DNA of 63,844 bases, counting the filler, from Chiloscyllium plagiosum (lineage: Eukaryota), in the NCBI RefSeq assembly GCF_004010195.1. It is 4 parts of one record of this genome, joined end to end, with 100 filler letters (N's around TTAATTAATTAA, not from the genome) between each part and the next. Parts side by side here need not be neighbours in the genome. Positions count along the whole stretch, not along the records: positions 1 to 28,471 come from NC_057710.1; 3 more parts are not named here. One strand, 5' to 3'. The translations under genes and the position numbers were made by a program. Shown here piece after piece: positions 12,858 to 25,479 of the stretch. Positions within the stretch are counted from its first letter, which is position 1. Each line of letters opens with the position of its first letter. The notes under the pieces were generated by a model. That model was not told where the DNA came from. It did no database searches and was given only the letters and a program-made list of their open reading frames with translations.

Positions 12858-15425
12858 TGAAGTACTTGAGCAGTGAGGCAATATGGACAGAGCTCAGAAA
12901 TAGGAAGGGTAGGATAACAATGTTGGGGCTGTACTGCAGGCCTCCCAACAGCGAGCATGAGATAGAGGTACAAATATGTAAACAGATAATGGAAAGATGT
13001 AGGAGCAACAGGATGGTGGTGATCAGAGATTTTAATTTTCCCAACATTGACTGGGATTCACTTAGTGTTAGAGATCTAGACAGAGCCGAATTTGTAAGGA
13101 GCATTCAGGAGGGTTTTCTAGAGCAGTATGTAAATAGTCCAACTCAGGAAGGGGCCAACTCATGTTGGGGAATGAGCCCGGCCATGTGGGTGACATTTCA
13201 GTTGGGGATTATTTTGGGAATATTGATCACAATTCCTTAAGTTTTAGAATACTCATGGACAAAGATGAGAGTGGTCCTAAAGGAAGACTGCTAAATTGGG
13301 GGAAGGCCAACTATAGCAAAGTTCAGCAGGAGTTGGGGAATGTGGATTGGGACAGCTGTTTGAAGGTAAATCTACATTTGATATGTGGAAGGCTTTTAAA
13401 GAAAGGTTGATCAGAGTGCAGGACAGACATGTCCCTGTCAAAATGAGGGATAGAAATGGCAAGATTAGGGAATGACAGGTGAAATTGAGAGACTAGCTGA
13501 AAGGAAGCATACATAAGGTCTAGGCGACTGAAAACAGACAAAGCTTTGGAAGAACATTGGAAAATAGGACCAATCTGAAACGAGGAATGAAGAGAGCAAA
13601 ACGGGGTCATGAAGTATCTTTAGCAAACAGGGTTAAGGACAACCACAAAGCCTTTTATTCATATAAGGAGCAAGAGGGTAACGAGAGAAAGGTTGGCCCA
13701 CTCAAGGACAAAGGAGGAAAATTATGCGTGGAGTCAGAGAAAATGGGTGAAATTTTTAATGAGTACTCTGCCTCGATATTCATCAAGGAGAGGGACATGA
13801 TGGATGTTGAGGTTAGGGACAGATGTTTGATTATTCTAGGTCAACTTGACATAAGGAAGGAGGAAGTGTTTGGTCTTCTAAAAGGCATTCAGGTGGACAA
13901 GAACCCAGGTCCAGATGGGATCTATCCTAGGTTACTGAGGGAAGCAAGAGAGGAAATAGCTCGTGCCTTAACAGATATCTTTTCAGCATCATTGAACACG
14001 GGTGAGGTCGCAGAGGACTGGAGAATTGCAATGTTGTCCCCTTGTTTAAGGAGTATAGCAGGAATAATTCAGGCTATTATAGACCAGTGAGCCTGATGTC
14101 AGTGGTAGGGAAGCTGCTGGAGAAGATACTGGGGGATAAGATCTATTTACATTTGAAAGAAAATGGGTTCATCAGTAATAGACAACATGGTTTTGTCTTA
14201 CCATCTTAATAAAATTCTTTGATGAAGTGACAAAATTGATTGATTAAGGAAGGGCTGTGGATGTCATATACATGGACTTCAGTAAGGCATTTGTTAAGGT
14301 TACCCATGGTAGGCTTACAGAGAAATTAAAGTCACATGGGGTCCAGGGTGTACTAGCTAGATGGATAGAGAACTGGCTGGGCAGCAAGACATAGAGCAGA
14401 AGTGGAAGGGAGTTTTTCAAAAAGGAGAACTGTGACCAGTGGTGTTCCACAGGGATCACTGTTGTTTCTGATATACATAAATAATCTGGAGGAAGGCATA
14501 GGTGGTCTGATTAGCAAGTTTGCAGATGACATTACGATTACTGGAGTAGCAGATAGTAAAGGGGACTGACAGACAATGCAGCAGAATATAGATACATTGG
14601 AGAGTTGGGATGAGAAATGACAGATGGAATTCATTCTGGGCAATTTCGAGATGATGCATTTTGTAAGATCCAATTCAAGAGCAAACTATACAGTAAATGG
14701 AAAGGCCCTGGGGAAAGCTGATGTACAGAGAGGTCTGGGTGTTCAGGTCCACTGTATCCTGAAAGTGACAACGCAGGTCGATAGATTGGTCAAGAAGGCA
14801 TATGGCATGCTTCATCGGACAGGGCACTGACTAAAAGAGTTGACAAGTCATGTTACAGTTGTATAGGACTTTGGTTTGGCCACATTTGGAATACTCCATA
14901 CAGTTCTGGTTGCCACATTACCAAAGGATGTGAATGCTTTGGAGAGGGCACACAGGAGGTTCACCAGGATGTTACCTTGTGTAGAGGGTCCTAGCTCTGA
15001 AGAGAAATTGAGTAGATTAGCATTATTTTCATTAGAAAGACGGAGGTTGAAAGGAGACATGATTGAAGGTCTACAAATTCATGACCGGTATAAACAGGGT
15101 GGATAGCAAGAAGCTTCCCCCCCCCACCAGAGTGGGGGACTCAATTACTAGGGGGGTCACAAGTTCAAGGTGAGGGGGGAAAAATTGAAGGGAAATATGC
15201 ATGGAAAGTTTTTTAGGCAGAGAGTGGAGGAAGCCTGGAACGTGTTGCCAGCAGAGGTAGTACAGGCAGGCACGATAGCATCATTTAAGATTAATCTAGA
15301 CAGATACATAAATGGGCAGGGAGCAGAGGAATATAGATCCTTAGAAAATAGGCGAGAGGTTTAGGTAGAGGATCTGGATCGGTGCAGGCTTGGAGGCCTA
15401 TTCCTGTGCAGCAATTTTCTTTGTA
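12858..15425 (+). mobile_element. Long CR1 LINE ORF2 (partial endonuclease, RT, 3'UTR), pseudogenised
   Basis: Successive ORFs with YCRPPN, DFNFPNIDW, PGPDGIYPRLLRE, YMDFSKAF, FADD and WNVLP, with frameshifts and stops; same 3'UTR type as 536-1430. Confidence 0.92.
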
Positions 15426-15659
15426 CTTACTACTTCATTTTATTTTTACTTGCATCCATCAATACTAAATAAATCTTCCATTTTTCTACCTAATTATATT
15501 TTTATCTGACATATCTAATTTAGATAATTTGCATTGAAACCTCTGATCACTTGAATCCTTTGAATATAAACCATTTACATAAAAGAAAAAAGGGGAAGAG
15601 GTACCAACACCAAGAATCAAGATATTACTTAATCCCAATCCCCTGCCTATATACGTCCT

Positions 15660-15885
15660 CCATTGGGTACAGCTGCTAAGGCACCAAACTCTGGAGTTGC
15701 CTCTAAACGGCCCGCCCTTTCTACTTCTTACTCTTCCTTCAAAACAATCCTTAAAATCTACCTCTATCAGAGTCTTGGTCATCTATCCAAATATCTCCTT
15801 ACATACATTGGTGTTAATTTTTTTTCCCATAGTGCTCCTACGATCTATTCTGCTAAAGGCACTGCACAAATGCAAATTTTTGGTT
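15660..15885 (+). mobile_element. L2-type LINE 3' tail remnant
   Basis: ccttaaaatctacctct..ttggtcatct..aaggcactgcacaaatgcaa. A similar, longer remnant lies at about 54930-55430. Confidence 0.55.
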
Positions 15886-16039
15886 TGCACCCTTCAGTCC
15901 ATTTCTTAGTTATTTCTAGGGTTTACCAAGAATCCTTATAGTTAAGGGCTTTGCTAATGGCCATTGGCATGGAATTTCATCCAATGCCTTTTGGAAATGG
16001 AGGTGCACCAGGTTTGCAATCTGCTGCGTGCAACTGGTT

Positions 16040-17260
16040 TCGCTTTACCTCAAAGAAGTCAAGGAAATATGCTCAGGTAAAATCTTCCTTTTCTGAAGCC
16101 ATGATGACTACTGCTTATGTTAGTTTGCAAGATCATTTCTAATAACTAGAATGGAAGCAAGATGAATGGGTCTTTAGTTGTTTTGTGGTTGTCTTCCTCC
16201 ATTTTTTGAACTTCCAGTCAACCAATAGCTTTCTCGTATCCAGTGACAGTTTCAGAATGGTATCAACGTACCAATACCTAAGTCTCCTCCAAAGCATTTC
16301 AACATTTCAAGATAAGAGTATTATATTCTTAGAGTCAGGGTTTAAAGGCTTAGATTTAATCTAAGATTTCAATCTCATTTACATAACTGGTCAAACAGAG
16401 CCTGTATTCTCTGGAATTTTGAAGAATGAGAGGTGGCCTCAATGGAAACTAGGAATACACAGAGTAGATGCAGGTAAGGTGTTTCCCCAAGTTGGAGAGC
16501 CTAGAACCAGGGGCCAAAATGTAAAAGTAAGGGGAATGCATTTATGCCCCAGATGAGAATTTTTTTTCCTACACAGAAAGTGGTACTCTTTGGAATTTTC
16601 TATCCCAGAGGGTGGAAATAGCTTAGTTTTTGAGTATATTTAAAATGAAATTTAATAAATATTTGATTACAATGGAGTAAAGGGTAATGGGGATAGTGTG
16701 AATAAAAGGCAATGAAGTGTTTGATCTGCCATGATTACATTAAATCATGGAGCAGATTCAATGGGCTGAATGCCCTACTCCTAGTGCTAGGTCATGACTG
16801 ACTTTGCTTAGCTTACATCTATTTAGGGATGGGATGTTGTGAATATCTGATGGAAGCAATCGTTCAGAATATTGACTTTTGGGTTCGTCTTCATTTTCAA
16901 ACACATCTGTCATTTATTTTCACTTCTTCTCTAATTACCATGCTTTCACTTTTACACATGTCTACACTTTCATCATTGCAAATAACTGTAGCGGCTGCAC
17001 TATTCCTAGATATCTCTTTATCTCTCTGTTCATTCCTTTAGAAAGTCTTTGTATTTATTATCGACAGTGAACTTATTCTTCCTCTTCCTCAGAATTTGTA
17101 TACACTATACTTCCTCTTTATTTCATCTTTGTCTTGTTTAAGCTCAAGTTTATCCACTTTGACCTTGGTCATTCGAGGAATGTATTTATCATTACACCCA
17201 GCATTATTTATTTAAAGATATTCCATACGCCTAGATGACGTACAGTGATGGATAGCAAAT
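16040..17260 (-). mobile_element. Very old CR1-like ORF2 remnant, interrupted by a + strand CR1 3' end (about 16395-16790)
   Basis: Minus strand shows decayed DWK..KNGGRQ..RPIHLASI..HGFRKGR..FLDFFE motifs. Confidence 0.5.
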
Positions 17261-17768
17261 TGCACACAAAGTGAGAGCTCATTTATCTTACTTTGGAAGC
17301 ATCTTCTCAAATAAAGCTTAGTGACCAATACTGCATCTAAGTGTGGTCTTACTATTGAATTATAATGGAATCTAAGTAATATTTAGAAAATCAGGTTCCA
17401 CTATTCTGGTAATGTCGATCAATATTCACCCTGCAGTGTTTTTTAAATCTGTTTTGACAAAAAGTGATAAAACCACTTGGTTTCCAAGTTAATTCTGTAT
17501 TGCTTTCTACTTTACAAGCACCTAACGTACAAATTTTCATATGTCATCAACAAATATATTTTTCCAAAAGGCTGTACAACTGACCTAAAACTTTTTACAT
17601 CCCTTTGCTCCCTACTTTAGCTTCTCGTGCAAAAGTTGAAACATTTTTCTGTAAAATGCTTCTAAATGGTTGCTATTATATAAAAATGAAGACCTTTATT
17701 AAAACTAACATGGGTATTTCTGATAGGATTATAATCGTTAATACAAAATTTAAATAAGATGGACTTAC

Positions 17769-17892
17769 ACATGAAGAAGTGTTGAAGATTTTGCAATGAT
17801 CCACCTGCTGTAAAGTAAGCCCAAGTGGCCATAAAAGCCATAATCATGTATGCTGGAATAAGGCTGCCTTCATAGATTGGATTCAGAAACGT
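17769..17892 (-). CDS. APH1: Gamma-secretase subunit APH-1, penultimate coding exon (124 bp, TM7)
   Basis: tacAG|TFLNPIYEGSLIPAYMIMAFMATWAYFTAGGSLQNLQHFFM(C)|GTaagt. Matches APH1A TFLNPWYEASLLP..WAFITAGGSL, with the expected exon length and phases 0/1. Confidence 0.93.
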
Positions 17893-18324
17893 CTGTAGGA
17901 TTGCAAAGAACAAACACTGTAGTCTGATATGCCGTGTACAGTTATGTCTACTTGTTAGGCCGAAATTGTAGTATAAAATAACAATTATGTTGCTGAACAG
18001 CAAACGACATGTTTGGCTTTAAAATTAGACGAATACATGGACAAACAGATCTTGAACATTGTGGAATTTTTTAAAGAGAATCTCAAGGACACATTTTCTA
18101 AAACAGCATAGGGTGTAGATGCAAGCTATAAAATTTGAGAGCATGGTAACTTTAAATTCAGTTTATATTTAAATTATTTTACTAAAATTTAGGTTTGCAT
18201 GACCACAGCAATTGTTTACATGCAACTATGCTTGCAAGGAACATTCCAGTAAAATAACTCATACCAACAGGGACATTCCCTCCATGACACTCTAGTCCGC
18301 TGCTCCTCCACTCCCAACCCCCTA

Positions 18325-19140
18325 GACCATAAGATCTAGAAGCAGAACGAGGCCATTCAACCCATCAAGTCTGCTCTGCCATTCGATCAGTCTGATATGT
18401 TTCTCAACCCCCATTCTCCTGCCTTTTCCCCATAACCTTTAGTCCCCTTACTAATCTAGAACCTATTTATCTATGCCTTAAATACACTCAATGACTTAGC
18501 CTCCATGGCCCACTGCAACAATGATTTCCAGATTCACCATCCTCTGGCACAAGAAACTCTTCCTTATCTCAGAGCTGAAGGGTTGGCCCTTCGCTCGGGT
18601 CCTACTCTCTCCTACTAGTAGAAACATCTTCTCCACATCCACTTTATCTAGGCCTCTTAAGTTTCAATTAGATCCCCTTTATTCTTCTAAACTCTATTGA
18701 GTACACACCCAACGTCCTCAACCATTTGTCAATAGCCAAGCCAGGATCAGCCAAGCCAGGATCAGTCTTGTGGATCTCCTCTGAATCCCTTACAAGGCCA
18801 GCACGCTCTTCCTTTCATACGGGGCCCAAAGCTGCTCACAATACTTCAAATGCAGTCTGACCAGAACCTTATACAGCCTCAGTAGTTTATCCCTGCAACT
18901 GTTTCTAGCCCTCTTGAAATGAATACTAATGTGGTATTTGCCTTCCTAATTGCCAACCAAACCTGCGTGTTAACCTTAGGACAACCCTGAACTAGGGTTC
19001 CTAAGTCCCTTTAAGTTTCAGATTCCCAAAGCTTTTCCTCATTTAGAAAACAATCAATGCCTCTATCTTCTCACCGAAGTGCATAAACTCACATTGTATT
19101 CCATCTGCCCATTGTTTGCCCATTCTCCTAGTCTTTCTGA
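18325..19140 (-). mobile_element. CR1 LINE 3' portion
   Basis: Tail agaccataagat..ggccattcaacccatcaagtctgc and an antisense RT C-terminus. Confidence 0.8.
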
Positions 19141-19394
19141 AGTCTCCCCACTTCTTCAACACTATTTGTCCCGCCACCTATCTTTGTATCCTACCTCCTA
19201 CCTCCTCACACTCCTGCCGCACCTTCCCATTCAATCACAAAAGGTCCAGAATTTGCCTGTTTACCTACTACCTCCTCACTACCCAAGGTTTCAGACATCT
19301 GGGTAAATCAATGATTTACCTGCACTTCATTTAAATTAGTCTACCATATCTGCTGATCACAATGTGTTTTCCTCTAGATTGGGAAGATTCCTCT

Positions 19395-19434
19395 AGATTC
19401 CTGAAGAAGGGCCTGTGCCCGAAACGTCGAATCT
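19395..19434 (+). ncRNA. Minimal type-I hammerhead ribozyme motif in a Penelope pLTR-derived mini-insertion (19388-19519)
   Basis: AGAUUC-CUGAAGA-A-GGGC(CUGU)GCCC-GAAA-CGUC^GAAUCU gives a 6-bp helix I, intact core, 4-bp stem II, palindromic ACGU stem III and a GUC triplet. 21-bp direct repeats at 19367-19387 and 19520-19540. Confidence 0.8.
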
Positions 19435-20756
19435 CCTGTTCCCTGGATGCTGCCTGACCTGCTGTGCTGTTCCAGCAATAAAGTTTCAACTTTGATCTCC
19501 AGCATCTGCAGACCTCACTTTTTCCTCTAGATTGGGAAGACGAAACACAGACTGCTTTGTTAGGTACCTATGCTCTGTACATGAAAATAATTCCAAGCTT
19601 TCAACAGCCTGTAACTTCAACACACCACTGCATGCCCTGGCCAGCGTCTCTGTCTTAGGCCTGTGGCAGTGCTCCAGCAAAGCTCAGCACCAACTGGAGG
19701 AACACCTCACTTTCCACCTAGGTGTCTTACAGCCCTCGGGACTCAATATGGAGTTTAACAATTTCAGAGCATGAACACTTTCTTCCATGTTCATTACCCC
19801 ACTATCCCAGTGGCTGTTCTGTATGAGTTGCTCCCAATCTATTTTCAACTATTCCCAGTCCCTATTAGCAGCCATCCAGCATTTCTCATTTTCCTGGCTT
19901 ATCATCAGCAATCCTTTTATTTGCCTCTTCTTTTTCCTCTCTCTCTGGGCACCATCTTCATCTATTCAACTCAATTCTTGTGCGTGGTAGATGGTGGGAG
20001 ATTTTGACGAGACAGGAAGCAAATTACTTGCTTCAGGATTTCCAATCTCTGAATTGTTCTTGTAGTCACTGTGCTTATATGGCTGGTACAATTCCATTTG
20101 TGGATGACGGTGACACCAAAAATATCCCTGGGACGAGGGGCTTAGTCTAAAAATTAGAATTAAATCTTTCAGCAATGAAATTTGTAAATAATTCCAACAC
20201 ATATGGAAGTAGTTTAGAAATATAAATTCATGTTTTCAGAAGCATTAAGACAGACAAACTTAATTTTTCCTAACAAAAGTCTGTCATGGTAAATATTAAA
20301 GGTGTTAAGAAATATAAAGATATCACAGATCAGCCATAATCTCAATCAATGAAAGAGCGGTTTGAGCAGCCAAATTACCTATTCCTGTTTCTATATTCCT
20401 ATGGGAATTCTCAATTTATAATGGTACTTCAGTACTAGCTATTCAAAATATAATGTCATTTAAATGATAGGAATTTAATCCTTGATTTTAATCGAGTTCA
20501 CTAATAACAAAGTGTGGCAAAGAAATAATGTAATAGACCATGTGATTAAGGAAGAATTCTGCTAGAGTTCCCACTCAATTTTCAAGTGACCTTTTGACAA
20601 CGCTAGTCGGACTATGTGCCTATGCAGATGCAACAATCTCTTCTCTCCTCCCCTCCCAAACACCCAGTGAAAATTCCCGTGCAATTCCACGTACACTAAT
20701 TGTGCTGTAGTCTATTCTTTCTGTAGTAGACCTTTCCTGTAGCATTGTGTATGTAC

Positions 20757-21505
20757 TTAGAGTCATAGAGATGTACAGCATGGAAACAGTCCCTTCGGTC
20801 CAACCTGTCCACGCCGACCAGATATCCCAACCCCAATCTAGTCCCACCTGCCAGCACCCGGCTCATATCCCTCCAAACCTTTCTTATTCATTTACCCATC
20901 CAAATGCCTCTTAAATATTGCTATTGTACCAGCCTCCACCACATCCTCTGGCAGCTCATTCCATATACGTACCACCCTCTGCGTGAAAAAGTTGCCTCTT
21001 AGGTCTCTTTTATATCTTTCCCCTCTCACCTTAAACCTATGCCCTCTCGTTCTGGACTCCCCCACCCCAGGGAAAAGACTTTGTCTATTTATCCTATCCA
21101 TGCCCCTCATAATTCTGTAAACCTCTATAAGATCACCCCTTAGCCTCCGACGCTCCAGGGAAAACAGCCCCAGCCTGCTCAGCCTCTTTCTATAGCTCAA
21201 ATCCTCCAACCTTGGCAACATCCTTGTAAATCTTTTCTGAACCCTTTCAAGTTTCACAACATCTTTCCGATAGGAAGGAGACCAGAATTGTATATAAGTC
21301 CTGCCAAGATTTGCTTTCCCAAAATGCAGCACCTCGCATTTATCTGAATTAAACTCCATCTGCCACTTCTCAGCCCAGTGGCCCATCTGGTCAAGATCCT
21401 GTTGCAATCTGAGGTAACCCTCTTCGCTGTCCACTACACCTCCAATTTTGGTGTAATCTGCAAACTTACTAATTGTACCTCTTATGCTCGCATCCAAATC
21501 ATTAT
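20757..21505 (-). mobile_element. Young CR1 (HER1-like) LINE with internal deletion
   Basis: ORF 20892-21551 (FADYTK..KWQMEFN..QFWSP..WNELP) and its tail. Confidence 0.9.
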
Positions 21506-21796
21506 CAAAAGAACTGCAGCAAATAAGCAGACAGCTCATCACAACCTTCATGAGAGCAATAAATGCTAGCCTGGTCAGTAATGCTCATAACCAAAAATAA
21601 TATCAAATAAAATATTTAACAGTAAGATCGTTCACACTTTTCCATTATTGCAAAACAATTCTGAGATCATGTGACAATGAATACTCAACACAAACCACCA
21701 AATGACACATCATACAGAAACAGTTCTGGCACAAATATATATGTTTCAGACAGTGTGCACATTAAATTAAAATATATTTAAGAGTAGACATCTCAC

Positions 21797-21924
21797 CAGT
21801 CCTGATACTAGCAAGTGTGTTCCAATAACTGATACCACAGCGAACCATCGTTTCTTCTCAAATCCATCAAAGAATATCACACTCCAGAAAGTATGCAGCA
21901 AGATGATGGCCATGGTCATAAAAG
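21797..21924 (-). CDS. APH1: Gamma-secretase subunit APH-1 (APH1B-like residues), internal exon (128 bp, TM5-TM6)
   Basis: ttgcAG|(A)FMTMAIILLHTFWSVIFFDGFEKKRWFAVVSVIGTHLLVSGL|GTgaga. Retains both conserved histidines (H171/H197 in APH1A numbering), with the expected length and phases 1/0. Confidence 0.95.
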
Positions 21925-22580
21925 CTGCAATAAAAAGAAAGTAAATTGAAACAGTGAACTGCAGAAAAACATATTACAAGAGAGCATCTCAAATGTATAA
22001 ACATGTATCCTGTTAACACTTTTCTGGCAGTCAATAATGCGAGGAAGAATTTGCACATTTTACAATAATAAGACATTCTATTAGGATGAATTCAGTCATA
22101 AAACAGAAGGTGGAGAAGAGACAAAATGGAATATCTATTCCCAATACATTAAAGATGGCATCTAAACCATTTGCTCATCTGCAACCAACTTCCCTGACAC
22201 AGTGTATGCCTCAATCTGACTGCTGTTCAAATTGCTTCTAGGGCTGTATGTTCTAAGACAAACTGGTGCGACTTGGTTTGATGTTGGTTTATAGGTGCTC
22301 AGACTTGCAGTTGTGATGTTTCGCCATGACCAGTGCCTCATTCCAATTAAAATGCAACTGTCATAGATATTTGCCTCTATGGCACTGTTTGCCTCTGATG
22401 ATTCTGTTGCGCCATTTTAAACTGAAGAATGGGGAATAGATATGGATTGACTTCCACTTTCTGGCAGGATCACATTTTAAAGTTGCTTTAATGGTCACCC
22501 TGTTGCAGCCTCTAAGGAAGGCTGGTGTGATCTTGCACATGTACATGTAGCGCTCCACCTAGTGGTAGCATTGCTACAAT

Positions 22581-23214
22581 TAGATTTTAGATTTTATCGT
22601 CATGTACTCAAGTACATAAGTACAGGAGTACAGTGAAAAGTGTATAATGTTGCCACAAATGGCGCCATCTTAGGTACCAAGGTACCTACAAAAAGCTTAG
22701 TACAAAGTAGTAAGAGAAATGAGAGTTAAAAAGTTAAGCATTACTTCTTAGAATAGCAGAAAAATAAAGAAATAGATAATAAATAACATTAAGTCTTTCG
22801 TAGTTTAAACTAGGAAAATTAAGGAATAAGTTGAACATCTTTGAGTTCTCCACCTGTCTCACTCTGCTGTCTGTTCTCGATGTTGTGGCTGCAGATACCA
22901 TCGCTGCTGTAGCGACAGTCACCTCTCCAATCTCCCCCAGTGCCTCGGGAACATACCCAATCCAGAATCCACTTGCACACTGAGCCAAAACACTATGAGC
23001 TGCTGAAAGACCAGCCGACATACTGCCTAGAAATCAGGCTGAGAGCCACCAAGACACCAGGCTGGGACCTGCCATGAACTGCTGACAGACCAGGCTGGGA
23101 CTCGCAGGGAGAAGAGGCTGAGAGCCACCCAGAGACCAAAGTGGGAAGAAAAGACAGTAAAAAAAGAGAAGGATCTCTAGTTAGAGCATCCTACTCTGCC
23201 ACCATCTTCACCGG
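22581..23214 (-). mobile_element. Probable non-autonomous LINE derivative (5' head joined to Rex/L2-type 3' tail)
   Basis: Minus strand starts tccggtgaagatggtggc and ends ..tgagtacatgacgataaaatctaaaatcta (short-repeat tail); no RT ORF. Confidence 0.4.
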
Positions 23215-23467
23215 ATGCTTGCAGACAAGGTAAAATTGGGTTTGATAATGTAAAGATCGTATAATTTTATATTCCTGTATTTTTGACTGAAATAGGCAAG
23301 GGCAGTTTTAAACAAAACAAGGATCGTGGAAGATATTGATGCACTTTTAAAAAGCAAGTTACCAACAGTTACTGTAAGTTATGCTTACATTGTTGTTTGT
23401 TCAACCAGTGGGAGAAGTTTAATTGCAGAAAAACTGGCGTTAGCCACTGTGTACAAATGGCATTCGA

Positions 23468-23776
23468 TTAGATTAGGTTAGATTCCCTAAAGTGTGGAAA
23501 CAGGCCCTTCGGCCCAACTAGTCCACACCGACCCTCCGAAGAGTAACCCACCAGACCCATTCCCCATATTTACCCCTGACTAATGCACCTAACTCTATGG
23601 ACAAATTAGCATGACCAATTCACCTAACCTGCACATTTTTGGACTGGAGGAGGAAACCGGAGCACCCAGAGGAAGCCCACGCAGATACAGGGAGACTGTC
23701 CGTGTGGAGTTTGCACAGTCTCCCGTGGCTGGAATCGAACCCGGGTCCCTGGCACTGTGAGGCAGCGTGCCACCCC
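23468..23776 (-). mobile_element. HE1-type V-SINE
   Basis: B-box ggttcgattcc, V-domain gggtgctccggtttcctc and (tctaa)n tail; A-box region deleted. Confidence 0.9.
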
Positions 23777-24755
23777 ATTCAACCAACAAGTAGCTGATTG
23801 ACAATTGATCACTCCAAACATCAATGTCAAAGGCCTTCTCTGCCTGTCAATGACTATATGATTGGCTCCCAGATGACTAAACAGCCTGTTGATGCGAATG
23901 GGATAGCTGAAGCCTTCAGACCTCCTGAAAGGAAGGTGCTGTATTAAATACCTTAGAAAGCCAACTTAGTTTCCCCCTACCAATTGCTATAAGCTGTTGC
24001 TTTTAGTCAATGAATCAGTGAGTGACTTTATAATTTGTGAACCAGTTGCTTTGAACCTCCTGCAAGGAAATGGAATACATTTGCAGAAGAGAAGAATCAA
24101 TGAACAGCAAGTCCTGACATGCAAGAGGATTATCTCAGTGAACACTGTGAAACTGAGTTCCAAGATTTTCCTTCCAATCATAGTACCAATTATGTGTCTA
24201 TCTACAGGTGTGTCAAGGAGTGGGGGGAGTCAACATTTCATAACTGCTTAATTCTTGCTGTACACACTTTGTGCTGTGCACCCAAGTCTAAATTGAGGAA
24301 TTTGGTATACTTTTATAAAATCTTTTAGATACTACGAATAGCTAGATTTCCAGCATGCTACTCCAGTGAGATTTGACAACTGCATCTGTTGTTTGGGTGT
24401 CACGTTGTCTCTTAATGTTCTGAAATGTTTCCCCCACAGTGCACCCTTCACTTTTGGCATGAATCCGGCTGAATGCCATATTAGTGTAAGATCATGAATA
24501 CTCAACATCTGCCAAAAATATGATGCCAACCACGCTATGGATCTGGAGATACATAGGTCACACAGGAGAGGTACGGAATGTTTTTTTACCCCAAAGGATA
24601 TTAGTGAACTAGTTTGGTTTTTAGAAAAATCTAGTGGCTTCGTGATCACCATTACTTATAATAACTTTTTGTCCCAGATTTAAAATCCTCAACTATTGTG
24701 GTGAAAGATGAATTTATGACACTGCACTGTTAATCTAATCTCTTACTTGCTAACC

Positions 24756-24983
24756 AGAGTCGAAAAGTGCAGTGCTGGAAAAGCACAGGTGGTCAGGCAG
24801 CATGCGAGGAGCAGGAGAATCGACGTTTCCTGCATAGACCCTTCATCAGGAATTGATGAAGGGCTTATACCCTAAACTTCGACTCTCCTGCTCCTCTGAT
24901 GCTGCCTGACCGGCTGTGCTTTTTCCAGCACTGCACTTTTTGACTTCCATTTCCAGCATCTGCAGTCCTCACTTTCTCCGTAA
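24756..24983. mobile_element. Inverted pair of Penelope pLTR fragments (both hammerhead cores damaged) inserted in a SINE
   Basis: Head-to-head copies meeting near 24850; direct repeat ttgctaacc at 24747-24755 and 24984-24992. Confidence 0.8.
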
Positions 24984-25014
24984 TTGCTAACCGGTAAATT
25001 AAGCATTATGGTAC

Positions 25015-25420
25015 CATCCAGAACAAAGCAGCCTGCTTGATTGGCACCACATCCACAAACATTAAGTCCCTCCACCACTGACACACTAAAGCAGCACTGA
25101 GCATTATCTACCAGATCCAATGCAGAAATTCACACAAGTCCTTCTAAATCCACAATCATTACCATTTAAAAGAACCAGGGCAGCAAATTCCTCTCCAAGC
25201 CACTCACCATCTTGATTTGAAAATATATTGGCATTCCGTCAGTGTCACTGGGTCAAAATCCTGAAACTCTCTCCCTCATGGCATTGTTGGCCTACCTACA
25301 GTGCACAGACTGCAGCAGTTCAAGAATTCAGCTCACCACTTTGCAAGGCCATTTGTAGATGGGCAGTAAATTCTGGCCCAGTCAGCACACCCACATCCCA
25401 TGACTGAATTAAAAAAAAAA
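25015..25420 (+). mobile_element. 3' end of a CR1/L2-supergroup LINE with poly(A) tail
   Basis: IQNKAACLIG motif and tail gatgggcagtaaattctggcccag..cccacatcccatgactgaattaaaaaaa; same family as 39615-40455. Confidence 0.7.
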
Positions 25421-25479
25421 CTCAGTCACTATTGGTTACGTAGCTCAGTAGACATCATGAGCAGTGCTTTCAGCTGAAC

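Larger units (their letters stand above)
18270..19800 (+). mobile_element. Penelope-like element GIY-YIG/3' remnant, split by a CR1 and a mini-element
   Basis: FTCTS..LVYHIC..SQC and FNTPLH..VLGLWQC..LEEHLTFHLGVLQPSGLNMEFNNF (ORF 19532-19774). Confidence 0.75.

Noticed and set aside
17662..18003. 113-aa ORF as a standalone gene
   Set aside because: Only 17769-17892 is APH1-homologous; the flanks are intronic, although 3' read-through remains possible.
18734..18765. 15-bp tandem duplication agccaagccaggatc
   Set aside because: Local slippage inside a dead CR1; no array or CRISPR-like structure.
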